DNA of 64,000 nt from Takakia lepidozioides (lineage: Eukaryota > Plantae > Bryophyta). Position numbers and translations under genes: made by a program. Under the pieces are notes generated by a model that made no database searches, was not told the DNA's origin, and was given only the letters and a program-made list of their open reading frames with translations. Of the stretch, positions 26,701 to 39,632 are shown in pieces; positions within the stretch are counted from its first letter, which is position 1; every line of letters begins with the position of its first letter. The stretch covers positions 46,748,001-46,812,000 of the forward strand of contig CM060734.1 in assembly GCA_030704615.1 (NCBI GenBank), in the 5' to 3' direction.

Positions 26701-29700
26701 GGGACCTGGTGACTGCGACCCTAGTTTGGCCTTCACCCCCCGTACAGATCAGTCAGAAGACATTTCTCACTCTTTAGATGACTCCAAATGATTAATATAT
26801 CCATGAAGAAGTTTTAGTTTGTATAGAATGGTAGCAGGCATGAGACTCCCTGTCATGTCCAGCACTTCGTTTACTTTTTATCAATGTGTCGCAGCATTGC
26901 ATGTTCAGAGGAGCTACTCTTTTTAGGTTCTTCAATGTGTACAACACCACCCCCTCCATGTGTGAATATGACTTTAATGTTTTTCAGTATACTAATTCAT
27001 TTTACTCTTCGTACTTGGATTGTCCAGAGGTTACGCATCCATGGTAAGAATGCTTGATGCCCATTGTCACTTTATACAGCATGCCAATGCCGTGAAGGTC
27101 TTTCATTTGGCGTGCAATTGTGATCCCTTCTCTGTTTGATAAAACTAACATACTCCGTCCCTGGAAAAAGTTGGGAGGGCCCTGGTTGGAAGGTGAATAC
27201 CTTGTTAAATTCAACGCTGAGGTAAATTTTTTCTCTTTGATCCCTGGTGCCTCTGGCAAACACATATCTTTCAGGTGATTTCTTGGCTGATTGCACCTGT
27301 CCAGAAACTTACATAATTCAGAAGGAGAGATATTGTCCAGACAACATAGAGTGTCATACCACAGACACTTCAATCTTCTTGCAATCCATCATTACACAGT
27401 ATGAAATTATGCATACAAAGGTATAAAGTAACACTCAAAGTTCGATACTCGAACATCATTAGTTCGTTGTTTATGAAGGGAAAATTCATGCCCTACACAA
27501 ACAACAGCCGCTTCTAAGGTGTACGTTGACAGGCCTATTCATGACCCTCCCATCTGAGGCAGAATTCCTTAGACAGATTCCATCTGCATAGTATTTGCCC
27601 CATAGTGAAAGACATATCACCAGTTTGACATTCTATCCGAGAGTTTTGGGACTAATCTCAATCAAGGGAGAGGCAATCCTTGACAGAAGCAAGTACAATA
27701 CTATGAAGTCATAGATTGTGGGCTGATAGAGGTTTCAACCAAAATTCCATATCAAGCTGCTTGGACACATTCACAATGCTAAGTGGTGAGATTCCATCAA
27801 GGTCTATAGACCATCTGGAAAGCACTGGAATCCAGCCGCTCTGAAATCTGTGCTAATGACCTTCAACAACAAACACATGGTTTAGTTGCAGCTGGTGATT
27901 CCTGATAAACTATGCTAGGCATTACCTCACACAGAGTCTCAAGCAATATTCCCATACAATTGTGTCACAATACCTGGTAACCAAAAGAAGATGGTTGCTT
28001 ATAAGCTCCAGGTCCCGGCTGTTCATCAGGTTTTCTCTGCACATAATAGTAACATAGGATAGGATGATCAAATCCAAGCCTTCTCTGGAGCTTGATAAGT
28101 GAGAACAAGCAAAAGAAAGAGGTATAAAGAAGGACAGAAACGAATTTATTACCTTTGCAGAAACCCCAAGAGCTTATGAGAGTTGACTACGTAACAAGCT
28201 CTTTGAAAACCAGGTCCAGATTGGTAAACTCCTAAAAAGACAACACACATCCATGAACAGACACTCAACAACTGTTTGGCCATCGAAGAGGGATGGTACT
28301 TACTCGCTTCCATCGATTCGCCCCACCAATTTTAATAAAAGGTGGAGACTCGCAATTTGAAGTTGGTTGCCTCCCAAAGGATGAGGCTAACTCGTATGCC
28401 GGACCTGTCGGCCATCAACAAATGTCTTTTACTAATAGCCTAGTCTTTATCATCTAAAAGTTTGGGCTAAGAGAAATCAAGAACGAAAACATCGGAGTTT
28501 GAAACTGGAAAGGCAGGAGCACGCCACAAGAGAGGACGGAGAAAGAAGGGGACTTAATAATGTCCACACACACACAGGAGAACTGGGAAAACGAAAGACT
28601 AATATGTAATATGTAGATTGAAAGCCTCGAAAACCGTAGGAGCAAAGAAAGTTCGAATAACAATCTCCAAAATCAAAGTAAGACTTAATCTCTAACAGGC
28701 TAGGTGAGTTCCTGCTTGACAATGCCTGAAGAGGGAGGTGGAGGAGGAGGAGAAGAAAAATAGTAAATACATCAACAGGAGGCGCAATGGGATGGGAGGC
28801 TGGGGGAAGCAGATGAATAAGCAAGCACTTCCATTTTGTAACAAAAAAAGATGCATGAATCACTACAGTCACTGGAAGTCCTTTCCCGAAAGTACTGGAC
28901 AGAGAAGAACAATACCAGGACTGAAGTTCCCTGGCTTTGTCTTTGTCATCTCTGCACTAAGGTACATCTGCACCCAGGACCAGGACTGTCAATCTGCATT
29001 AGGTGCCATTAGCATGAATTTTGCAATACTAATACAATGCAGGTGTTATGTTCATGTGTCGCCTGCATACAAACTGCCTGGTTTCTGGTATCCAGACTCT
29101 GCAAAAACAGATAAATTATCATTCAATGTGGCGTGATCTCTTTGGACAGCAGGACAAGCGGAGCTGATATGCAGTCTTTGCTACATACTAATGCCAAAAG
29201 TGGCAACAGAATCCTTCTTTCAACAAGATGCAGTATATGACCCTTAGCACCCTGCCACATTGACTGCAAGGCTGCCAAAAGGGAGAATGCATCAAGAGCA
29301 CATGATTTCCATAACGCCCGTTTGTGCAGGGGCATGAGAGTCTATATTGCAACACAGGTCACAGCATTTCTCTGGCATTCACTAGCCCACGAAGAGGAGC
29401 GCTGTTAGAGGTATACATTGTGACAGTCTTGACAGAACTTGGAAACCTGGAACCCTAGATCTCGAGTTGTGAAGGCACCATAATGTGAGATACAAACAGC
29501 CTTCCCACTTCCTACCTTGTCAATGGATCATTACGAATTCTGAAATATAAATTCCAGAGCATTGAAAGTGTTGTCTCCTCCAAGTAGAAGTGTCATGGAG
29601 GAATGATCTAGCAACTATTCAATTTTAACCCTGAAAGGTGAAACCACTTGGCCGTTCAATTTAAAACCTAACAGACAAGACTGTAACTGATGTCAATCCT

Positions 29701-30942
29701 ACCTCCAGTGAACCCACTGGAATATTGGAGTTTGTGTCATTCATTGTGCTTTGACTGCTATCATTGGGATTTTGAACCCAATGGATCCTTTTCAAGTTTA
29801 AGTTTCCTGTACAGTGAAAATCGAATTGAAATTTTCTCCATGCACCATTGCCCCTGAGGAAGAGCCACTCTCTGAGCTGTGACTATTGTTGCACAGCTTG
29901 TACTTCACCTTAGGCTGGTAAGATTGGCTTACAATTGATTCATGTGTACAGTTTCCACCTGGACTGGGGTGCTTATGTTGATTATAGTTGATGGTCCCCC
30001 TGCATATGGCAAGTATCAGTGGCAGACTCCTGGCATTTCTGCCAGTTTAATTCAGATCCTGAAAAGAGTGAAACCCTCTGAAAAATAGAGATCAAACCTT
30101 GTCCAAAGCACTGCGACCAGCAGTTCCAAATCCAATTGAAGGAGACGTAACCCTTTTTGATAATATCTGCATGCAAAATACATAGATCAGGTTCTAACCA
30201 GTTTAAGAGAGCTATTCTTCAGTGTGGGATCTTAAGAACGGAGTTCCTTAAAGGTTTTGGACATACTACTGTCACTGACCAGAAACTGCCTCTGCAGCTC
30301 AAGAGTTAGACAATGCTTACATGACATTCAAAGCTGACACATTTAACAGATCATCCTGTATCTCATAAGGATATGCAAACCACAAGATGCACTGTACATT
30401 CTAAATGTCACATCTAATCATCATATATAACTAGAGAGAGGTTCTTGCAACACTGGAAGTTATACTTCCCACTACATTGATTCACAAACAACCTCGAATT
30501 GATCAGAGTTGAAATGCACTGTGGCATTTTGAACATGTTGCAGTCCTTCAGAAATTGCAGCTAACGATGTCCTACATCTGTCCAGTCCAGCTGTCAAAAT
30601 GACTTCTTTATTTTCAACCCCAGCCAGCTCACAAAATCACTATGTTGACTTAAATTGAACAGTCCCTAATGATGTTGGAAACCAGGAAAAGACTGAAGAC
30701 CTCATGTTAATACAAAACTAGACAGAGAGTATAGAAACTGAACTAAAGACTGATGATCCTCCAAAATTGCAAAAAAGCCAGAGAGTGAAGGTTCTGGCAG
30801 AGCTGACAGAGCTCACCTGTGGACCAAAAGTGGATTTGGTGGTGCGGCGGTATGGCTTTGGTGGAATCCAGTTTCTGTCTAGCCTAAATGCCTCACTGTA
30901 ATGTATTCTGTCCGCTTTAATATTAGGAAAAGCGTGTGCCAT
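23702..30942 (-). CDS. SHIPPO/ODF3-like (STPGP-repeat) flagellar protein, 321 aa; exons 30942-30817, 30166-30098, 28967-28916, 28404-28304, 28036-27974, 27296-27201, 26730-26605, 25458-25324, 24360-24277, 23815-23702
   Basis: Ten GT-AG exons with consistent phases give one open frame with six periodic PG-rich motifs (SPGPAY, PGPGAY, SPGPSVY, AGPGQY, SPGPGCF, PGPGTY), each separated by FG-Q..S....P...F...R spacers. Confidence 0.88.
24853..24946 (+). mobile_element. About 75-bp 3'-terminal fragment of the RTEX-like LINE inside a (TC)n tract (SHIPPO gene intron 8)
   Basis: Nearly identical to 11108-11182, with TC repeats on both sides. Confidence 0.92.
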
Positions 30943-33900
30943 TTCAAACGCCTGTCAACCGGCTCTCTTAGTCTCAGCTCTCAGCTCCTTCAGATCTCAT
31001 TTTCTCTTCGCGCTTCAGCATTAGCTATATTTCTTCCCATAACTTTAGACCTCCATACAGTGAATTGAATGTTGTATTGCAGTATTAAGCATCGGTGGCT
31101 CTTTCAATCCATACTCCCTGCACATTCTCGTTGCTGGACAATAAGGAAAAAAGCCAAAGGGTGATGCCATTCAGACTCAAAACGGGGGTGATGCCGTCGA
31201 GTCAGACCATATATAGCCTTTGCGAAAGTTAATGAATAATGCTATGCACAATATTAAGCATCTGTGGCCATACAGTCTGTCGATATGGACACTACTGCTT
31301 CTACTTGTTCAGATTTGTTTGCACATCTCGATTGGTGGAGACTGCGTTCTACATCTGCGTCTCCTACACCAATGCTTCGACGAGAATCAATCCGCATCTC
31401 TCTATCGCTTCAAGTGCTGCTGTAATGAGATAGAAACACGGGAATGCTTCTCATTCTCCAGACAACGCTCCTGGAAAGACCGGAGAGCCTGACAACGACA
31501 ACGGATGTACATCTCCCACCACACCAATCCATTGCTCCTTTAACACATCCCAGAAAAACATGTGAGATCCTCACTCCCAACCAATCGCACGCGTATAATC
31601 CTGAGGTGCCAATTTTATTCTCCGGACTTTGGTAGCACGATGTGGAATTGCGTAGGAATGTGGACTGTCATTAATTCTCCTTCATCATATCCCCCAGCCT
31701 CTTCGCCCACCTCCAGAGTAGAGAATGTCAACGGAGCACCATGCCGTGTCCCTACGAGGAAGCGACCAGGGAAGTATAAGAAAGATACATGTAGCTTCCA
31801 AGCCTCAATTCACCAACAATCTTGGAGCCTCTTTCACTGCACTTGTCCATCGTCCCAGTTCCTCACGACCATTTCCACACCTCGAATCCTTGCCCGGTGC
31901 TTGCAGATGCAAACAAGCGTGAAGAGTCACAGAGAGCGCGCGGGCTGCCCTAATAATGCGTGGGAACGATGAGCGCGCTCACGTCACCTCTCATCATTCT
32001 ACACTCGGCACGACAGTTCCGGCATTGCGTTGTTTGCTGGCGTTCACGTGAAGGCGGCAGTTAGAAGCCAGAAACACGCCCTGCCTCTAACCGCCGTTTC
32101 CTCCACTCTCTCCTCGCCGTCTGGTACCGTTTCGCATCCGCGCCATCTCTGAAGCAGCGCGTTCTGCTTGTAACATGCCCAGGAACGGACTCTCTGAGGT
32201 TACAGACTATCAACCTGCGTTTAGCCCCTTAACGTACATACTAGCTCTCAACTTGAGTCCTACATCTCAACAATGAGACCTTGCACTCATTCAATTCATG
32301 TCGGACCTTGAGCTCACTGAATCCATGTCTGTCGGTCCTTTTCTTCACTGCTTGGGTGCGGAGAGACAAATAATGCATCCCTTCTATGTAGTGCTCCAAC
32401 ATTACACGGACGTCTTTCCTGATATACATTTGTACGCATGGTATGACGCTTCACAGTTGGCTGGCAATTTTACGTGGTTTCTCAGTCACAAGTGGTGGAT
32501 GCTAAGTGCCGATTCGTCGATGGGTTCGAGGTGCAACACTAAGTTTATTGGTTGCGTTGGAGATTGCGGAACAATTTTGAAGATTTTGTGTAAGAGCACA
32601 GCATTTGAGAGCCATGGCAACGAAGGAAGTGGCAAGCTCAATGTGATCCTGCCACAAAAGATTGGTACCTGGTGGGATTTTACAGACAGCTGCACTAGAG
32701 ACTTGTTGTAGAGAACCAGAGTCCCATCTGCCTGCCCAAACACAGATGACAGAGATGTGGCTTTATGATCTGGTACCCCATAATCACCAGAGGGGATGTA
32801 ACGTGATTTCAAGGCTTGGACTACTGACCTGCTCAACAAACAACTTAGGCAAGCCACCAAGAGAGAACAGACTGCGAGCAACGCGAAGCATTACAAGGAT
32901 TGAAGATGACGGTCTTGACTTATGTCTTGACTATGGAAGAAAGTTGTCTCGCATACCCATTGTAAATCTTGAGTTCCAAGCTGCTCATTTTGCATCAGCT
33001 CAAAACGACCTATTCAGGCATGAAGAGAGTTTTACAATCACTGCTATTTGCACATGTTGCACATGACAATGACATGGTTGCAGGTACTCTCATGAGATCA
33101 TTACCTAGTTTACCCAGCAGACCCATCCTCACGGCAGACCCACCCCGGCCGGGTTATGGGTCGCTGCGGGGCCACCCAGGGGCGCCCATGTCTGGGCCCA
33201 CATGAGCCTTAAACTCCCAATTATTCAACAATGAGAGGCACTTCTGTATTGTCAGGATGCCACTAGTAAAGTTGAGCCTGGCGGGAGTCGAACCCAGTTT
33301 CAATAACGATACAAGTACGATTCGTGTAGTGTTGAGATTGAGAAATTTGTGAAGTGACTAGATGGCAGCGTTTTTGGTAATGGCGAATTTTCGCCAAAAG
33401 CTCCTTTTTTTTTCGATTTTTCCATGCGTTCACATGCAGTTGAATCACATTATTCTAGCAAATTAATGGATGATCGTATCAGCCACTAGGTCATTCCACT
33501 TTGTCGACTTGGTCGTATGCGGTCCTAGTTCTCGGTCCTTGTATTTGGTTTGCCATGTATTTGGTTCAATGATAGCCTCTAAAATAGAGATTGTTGACAA
33601 CCTCAATTTTATAAGCAAAGTTGGTGCCCTATCACTGCCCTGCTTTGCCATCACATATGCAATTGAATTAGATTACAGAAGCTCAAGCAAATCAAGAAGC
33701 AGTGTCCATGTTTGGTCCTTGTGCTTGGTCCTGATACCAGCCTTGTTTGTTGCAGTCGTTCTTTGTATGGAGGGAGGTTCTCACGTGTATGCCAATGTCG
33801 TTGCTCCTTTCCTTGAGGATTCCTCATTGGCCCCTTGGACATAAACTGATTGAGCAGGGTGAGCAGGGCGAGCCAAACTCGGATAAAAATGTGATTCGGA

Positions 33901-34629
33901 TTTTTCTTGTGAGTAAGTTTTGTATTTCATTGTTCATTTCATTTTTCCATTAAGAATTTAGCTGCCCATGCATTCATTGTCTTCATCTATTCACAAATTC
34001 CACCTATGTGGGCCTGTAAGAGTTCCTTCAATTGCACTCGGACCGTCTCGTTTTATGCCAGCAAGTATTTTTTTTCGAGCCCTCCTCAATTTTATTGTCT
34101 GCCGGTATACGTTGAGGAAATGCCATTGTAGCTAGCCATGCACTAGTGGATGTTCTTATTTTGGGGCTAGGAGTATGTAGATGACAGTGCGTCCATTTCA
34201 GGGGATGCCGCTGGTAGCAAGTGTCTTTTGTAGCATTACGACATCTTACTAAAGATGAATATTGAATTCGAAAAAGGGATGGTATAAAATGATTTTTAAT
34301 TATGCACAAACTTTTCAAATCTTTGGATGTTTGTCTAAATGAGTGGTGCTTTTAATTCCAATCATGTAATTGTATATAAACACATATTTTGGCCACATCT
34401 ATTTCCATCCCCATACTGCCCACTATGCTCAACCACCCACCAAGCCCGCGATACTTGGCCGCACCTCCTTAGCTAATGCACACACCCAATCATACACGAC
34501 CTACATATAACACACCAAAACCACGCAATTTGGCACCTCCATAAACTCTTTCACAGTTGCGCTGAAACCCACTGGTTCTCACTCATTAACGCTGGCACCT
34601 ACCAGGGCCAATCACCAGACCACACTGTT

Positions 34630-35276
34630 CCTGGATAGCACATGACACCTTAGATGGGCTGCCATGTGGTTTTTTTCATTATTATAAAATGCATTATGCC
34701 ACGTGGCACAACGCGATATGACGTGGCGTTTGACATATATATATTTTTTAATTTGTTTTGATTTGTTTTATATATTTTTAATCAATTGTGCCTCGCCATG
34801 TGGCGCGGCAGCTCGCCTACTAACCTTAAGGTCATCTTGTCCATTTGATTATACTTAGAGAAGTTTGAACCTCCAACCTCTTTACTATAAGAGTTATAGT
34901 TCACTACCTGCTAACCAATATACCCATTAGTCATTCATATGATCATATGGTGTTTTAATTTTATTATACACATCAAATTACAAAATCCCCAGTAGTCATC
35001 ATGACTATGTAACCTCATCCATGTACATTGTAGTCATGGAAATGACTATCAGTGGTGAGCTAAATCTGGTCAATTGCCGTTGACCAGCCTTCCGCCCATT
35101 CCGGAGCCATGTAGTCATACAGACGACTACTTTGATAGTCGTTTATATGACTATAGTCGTATGAACGACTGTGGGAGGTCAATTTTATATAAAAACATGG
35201 TGTAGTCATGGTCAAAGACAAGAAAACCATGACTCCCACGGTTTGGCAGTTATAATTACCGCGATCTGTTGTAGTG
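34630..35276. mobile_element. CACTA element remnant, one terminal inverted repeat visible
   Basis: Ends in CCGCGATCTGTTGTAGTG, the reverse complement of CACTACAACAGATCGCGG at 46479. Contains many TAGTCAT/ATGACTA subterminal motifs and two blocks that match 46700-47160 in inverted orientation. The other end was not found. Confidence 0.75.
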
Positions 35277-35524
35277 TTGTCTGCCTCTGAGTGGGAGTAA
35301 TAGCCAAAACAGAACAGTTTATAGCTATACCAAAAATCTTAAGGCCTATCCACCCAATTACCACAATTACAACACAATATGAGGCTCAACCCACAACCTC
35401 TATCATGACAACAGTTAAAGCTAATGTGGAATGCAAAGATGTACCAAGACAAAAAAAGAATTATTGCATCTTACCTGAAATCGCATTCGCAAAGAGTCTG
35501 GTCCATGTCTGCTCACGAATTGTG

Positions 35525-35765
35525 GATTCACATACGATGAACAATGAAGCGTTGAAGGGAATTATGAGCCCTTGCAAAATTGAGTTGTACCCGCCGGATT
35601 TCTGACACATACGAGGATTGATGAAGTGTTGAAGGGAATCTTGAGCCCTTGCGAAATTGAGTTGTACCTGTGGGGGGTTTCTGATATATACGAGGAATGA
35701 TAAAGCGTTGAAGGGAATCCTGAGCCCTTGCAAAAGTGAGTTGTACCTGTGGGGGATTTCTAACA
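35525..35765. repeat. Tandem repeat, about 78 bp x3
   Basis: Three diverged copies of ...GTTGAAGGGAAT..TGAGCCCTTGC.AAA.TGAGTTGTACC... Confidence 0.85.
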
Positions 35766-36105
35766 TGGAATCCAGCGGGTGTAGCATTGGCATGCAGTCA
35801 CGACAACGCTGCGGTGTCATTCTGTCTGTTCCCCTTATATGACACGAGTTGTTCCAAAGCGCGTTACCAAGCAAGTCCTGAAATCGCTTTTTGAACCGGT
35901 CCTATACCTGGTAAGTGCGGCGTCAGGTTAAGCAGATTAGGGATCAAGGCACTACCCGTTTTCTTATAAATCCGGCGATCCAAAGTGCATGTGACCTCAC
36001 TACTTTGGCTCCTTAATTGAACCCCCCAAGGTGCGGCCTGGCCTTAGGGGGTTGATTTTGCTCCAAAAAAAAATATCGAAAGTGTTATATATATATATAT
36101 AGAAA

Positions 36106-36176
36106 GGCAGTAGCCCTTCTGGGTCAAGTGACACCAAAAGTTACGCTTGCTTCGGCAACGCGTTTTTTTTTTTAAA
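36106..36176 (+). mobile_element. 5'-truncated copy of SINE family A
   Basis: GGCAGTAG...GTCAAGTGACACC...TTACGC-TTGC-TTCG-GCAA-CGCGT plus a poly(T) tail, flanked on both sides by (TA)nGAAA, consistent with a TSD. Confidence 0.75.
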
Positions 36177-37514
36177 ATATATATATATATAGAAAACAAT
36201 AGGAATAATGTAAGAACTTAATGCACACGTGCCATCCGACGGTTTTCGTCATAACTTCGGCATATCCCTGTCAAATCATCCCCACCCCCCTCTTATCCCG
36301 GACTCGCTATTAGTATATATTATAGAATACAAATGGTTGTTGTTCAGTTGCTAAGGTGATGGGCCATGACAAAATAGTTATGAGGCTAGCAAATTTGATA
36401 CTTACTCCATTTTTTATTTAGTCAAATTTCGTGATACCATATGGGAGTTACACTGATTAGAGTGACACTCATTTATTGTCATTTAGTACCTGGTATCACT
36501 CCGTTTTGTGTTACTCCAATCTGTGTCAATAGTCAAGATGGGGCCCGGAGAAGATTTGAGTGTCCGGTTCCATGCATGATTAACATTCACAAACGCCCCA
36601 CATCAACCACCCCAAGGTTCAAAGCAACACCATTGGTCTAAATAGGATATTCTCTAAGGGAGGATGTTAAAGCGTGAGCTTGGAAGCGTGAGCCTGGCTA
36701 TGACTCATGAGGGCCTAATTTCGCGGAAGGCAGGCCCATAACCATGGAAATGGGCCACATATGGAAGAACGACACTAGATGAAATAGACAAATTGCAATA
36801 CTGAAGGACCTACAATTGCTATCAAATTTGTGCGTCCGTGGTAGCTTTGGTTAGCCAGAATTGGTTTGAGAGCTTATGGTGCATTACCTCGGATTGCGTC
36901 CATTTTTGGGATATGTACGGACCCCACGCGCTCTATAGGGGAGATTCCATGGAGTTACAAATAGCCCGAGGCATCTGACCTCATGATGAACCCCGTAAAG
37001 CTTTATTTACAAACTAACATGAGATAACTGTACAAAGATGGAAAGTTCCCATAGCAAGGGAAGAGTTAACATAAAGAAATGAAAAAGAAAGCATAGCAAA
37101 ACAATCAAACCAAATGATCATCCCATCCAACTGCCTGAATCACATCATACAAAGAAATGGGTGTGACATCGGGAAGAGAAAGATGAGACGTAGACATGCC
37201 AACCACAGTAGCCCGATGCAAGATGGACATAGCCTGCCCTCTGTAGTGCTACGGAAACCGTTGTCTATAGATAGCTACGAAGACGGAAGCATGGGGAATG
37301 CCTTGGATCTTGTTCTGAGCAGCATGATGAGTACGAAGAAAGTCACTGACCTTCCCCTTATGTTTTGCCAAAGCAAGAGAGGGCTTGTTTTTTCTTTTTC
37401 TAAAAGGTTAAGAATGATTAGGTCATTAAGTCATGGTGTGAGGTGTGGAGCCCTCCATCACGGGTGACCCAATATTTTGCTCCATGAACCCTACCAATTG
37501 CCATTCTCTTTCCT

Positions 37515-37587
37515 ACTCACAATTTTCAACCTTAAAAATTGGACTTAGTCTAGCTAAGTCCAACTTTCAAGGTTGAAAATTGTGAGT
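37515..37587. repeat. Near-perfect 73-bp palindrome (34-bp arms, 5-nt loop), MITE-like
   Basis: ACTCACAATTTTCAACCTTAAAAATTGGACTTAG-TCTAG-CTAAGTCCAACTTTCAAGGTTGAAAATTGTGAGT, with two mismatches between the arms. Confidence 0.85.
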
Positions 37588-37832
37588 TTATACGGCAGAA
37601 GACTGAAAATTGGACTTCTGCATCTTTTTGTGCCAAATTAGTCCTCCAATTCACGTGTATGCGAACGGATCATTCCCTAGGTCTTGGAGCCTAGTCCCAA
37701 ACATTTGGGCATTGACTAAATGAATATTCTCCATTTTGGCATGATGTAGCCCCAATCACTTACATACCACTCCGGTAGTAATAATTCAACATGGTTCCTA
37801 CTTGGTGGGACACACTCGATGACTCAGTCAAC

Positions 37833-37990
37833 GGTTTTAGCACACAACCTAACCACTACATCAATACTGGTAGAACCACTCGGTCGGTGGTTTTAGCACA
37901 CAACCTAACCACTACATTGATAATGGTAGAACCACTCAATAAGTGGTTTTAGCACACAACCAAACCACTACATCAACACTATTAGAACCA
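37833..37990. repeat. Tandem repeat, about 56 bp x3
   Basis: Three copies of GGTTTTAGCACACAACC.AACCACTACAT...TAGAACCAC. Confidence 0.85.
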
Positions 37991-38184
37991 CATTTGTAAT
38001 ATGGCCACGTGTCCAGATAATGGAGCCCATAATTGTCTAACTGGATTCTGCCAATTGCTAAGTATGTTCGACTGATTGGCTGCGTCCACGTTTACTACTT
38101 TGAACACACGGTACGTTCCCTCCCCCCAAAGTCAAGTATGTTCCTTGAGTACATTGCCCTCCCTCTTGGCATCTTATCCTCTCC

Positions 38185-38193
38185 CTATATAAG
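38185..38193 (+). promoter_or_regulatory. TATA box of the dirigent gene
   Basis: CTATATAAG about 260 bp upstream of the ATG, followed by a CA-rich leader. Confidence 0.55.
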
Positions 38194-38447
38194 CAGCGCC
38201 GCTGCATGCACAACACACACAAGCACATTGTACACTATCTGCTCTAGGCAAGAACAACGTCCTCGAGAAGTGCAGTCCGCGTGCCTTAGAATTGATCAGG
38301 AACTTGCGTTGGGCTAGAGCTGCTAGAGGTGCTTGCAGTGATTTGTAGTCATATTTCAGAACAACATCTGTCACTCTTGGTCCCGTATTGCAGTAGTAGA
38401 GTGACGAGTCCCAGTAGAGTATATGATCTGAGGCAGCTTGAGCGATC

Positions 38448-38984
38448 ATGGAGAGCAAGTTATACGTCCGCATTGCCCTTGCGTGCTTGTTGTTCTTGGT
38501 ATCAATTCGTGCAGCCGAGTCACGTCATGGTAGGCATCGGAGAGAGGAGATTATAACGTACTACATACACGATGATCTATTGCAGGCTAAGAATAACACA
38601 GCATTCATTGTTGCAGGGATTGATGGGAATATCACCGCGCTGGGCCAGGGAAGCTTTATTCTTGTCGACGATCTCATCACTGAGGGACCCAGTCCCAACT
38701 CCAGAAAGTTGGGGAATGCCCAAGGCCAGTACTCCATCACTAGGTACTGGCCAGACCCCCACCTCCATCAGTTGTTCACTGCTGTTTTCACTGACAAGTA
38801 CAACGGATCCATTGCATATCACGGTGACGATCGAATTACACTACCGGTGAGGGAAATCGCTGTAGTCGGAGGAACTGGGCAGTTCAGATTGGCGCAGGGA
38901 TATGCAACCATGAAGACATACGAAGGAACGGACGTATACTCTTTCATCCTCACCATTGAAACCCATCTTTTCTTCTGGGATTGA
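38448..38984 (+). CDS. Dirigent-domain secreted protein, 178 aa, intronless
   Basis: Signal peptide followed by the dirigent motifs YYIHD, LVDDLITEGP..NS..LGNAQGQY, YNGSI and REIAVVGGTGQFRLAQGYA. Confidence 0.93.
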   Translation: MESKLYVRIALACLLFLVSIRAAESRHGRHRREEIITYYIHDDLLQAKNNTAFIVAGIDGNITALGQGSFILVDDLITEGPSPNSRKLGNAQGQYSITRYWPDPHLHQLFTAVFTDKYNGSIAYHGDDRITLPVREIAVVGGTGQFRLAQGYATMKTYEGTDVYSFILTIETHLFFWD

Positions 38985-39462
38985 GGCTTGATCCTTACTA
39001 TAGAAACCCACTGTGCTTCTGGGATTGAGGCTTGGTGGTGATGTTGACCTTTGTTGATTTGCCATACAACTGTGGATAATAAGTAGGAGCCTTGAAACTC
39101 AGAGGCTGCCTTAAAACAACAAAGGTCCAGGAGCTCACAATAGATGAACATATTGATGGAAATACTCTTTTCCAAGAGTTTCTTGGTTTACATTTTTATG
39201 TAATAAAGACATTCTCTTTGAAATCTTATACTCAGGTACTTGGGTACAATCATTTATCCTGCTAGGCCTCAGGAGAAACTTTGCTGTTTACATGATATGT
39301 ATGTTCATTCACTTGGGTTCAGGGATGAAAGTTGTTGTGATTCATGCCAGATCCCATCACCAAGGGGCTGAGTTTTGTGTGTCAAACATCTCAGAGCATA
39401 TATGCATGTCAAATAGACAGTAACAGCCTTAAGTCTAGACAATCTCACACTGACCATCTCAC

Positions 39463-39632
39463 CAGGCACTTGTGCAGGTAGCCGAGTGGTTGGGTGTTTG
39501 TGCCTTGCCTGTGCATAACCTAGGTCCTGGGTTCAATCCTTCAACATGACCGTCCATTGGGCCCTCGATGGCCTGTGTGTTGAGCAGTAGGCTCTGTAAT
39601 TCACTGGACGGTAAAGAAACTTTATCTTATCT
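39463..39632 (+). mobile_element. tRNA-derived SINE, family B
   Basis: A box TAGCCGAGTGG (39479-39489) and B box GGGTTCAATCC (39529-39539); a body closed by ACCGTCCA/TGGACGGT; (CTTAT)-type tail. Confidence 0.65.

Noticed and set aside
32241-33953. Several 60-140-aa ORFs
   Set aside because: No domain motifs and no consistent exon chain; they look like chance ORFs or unassignable TE decay.
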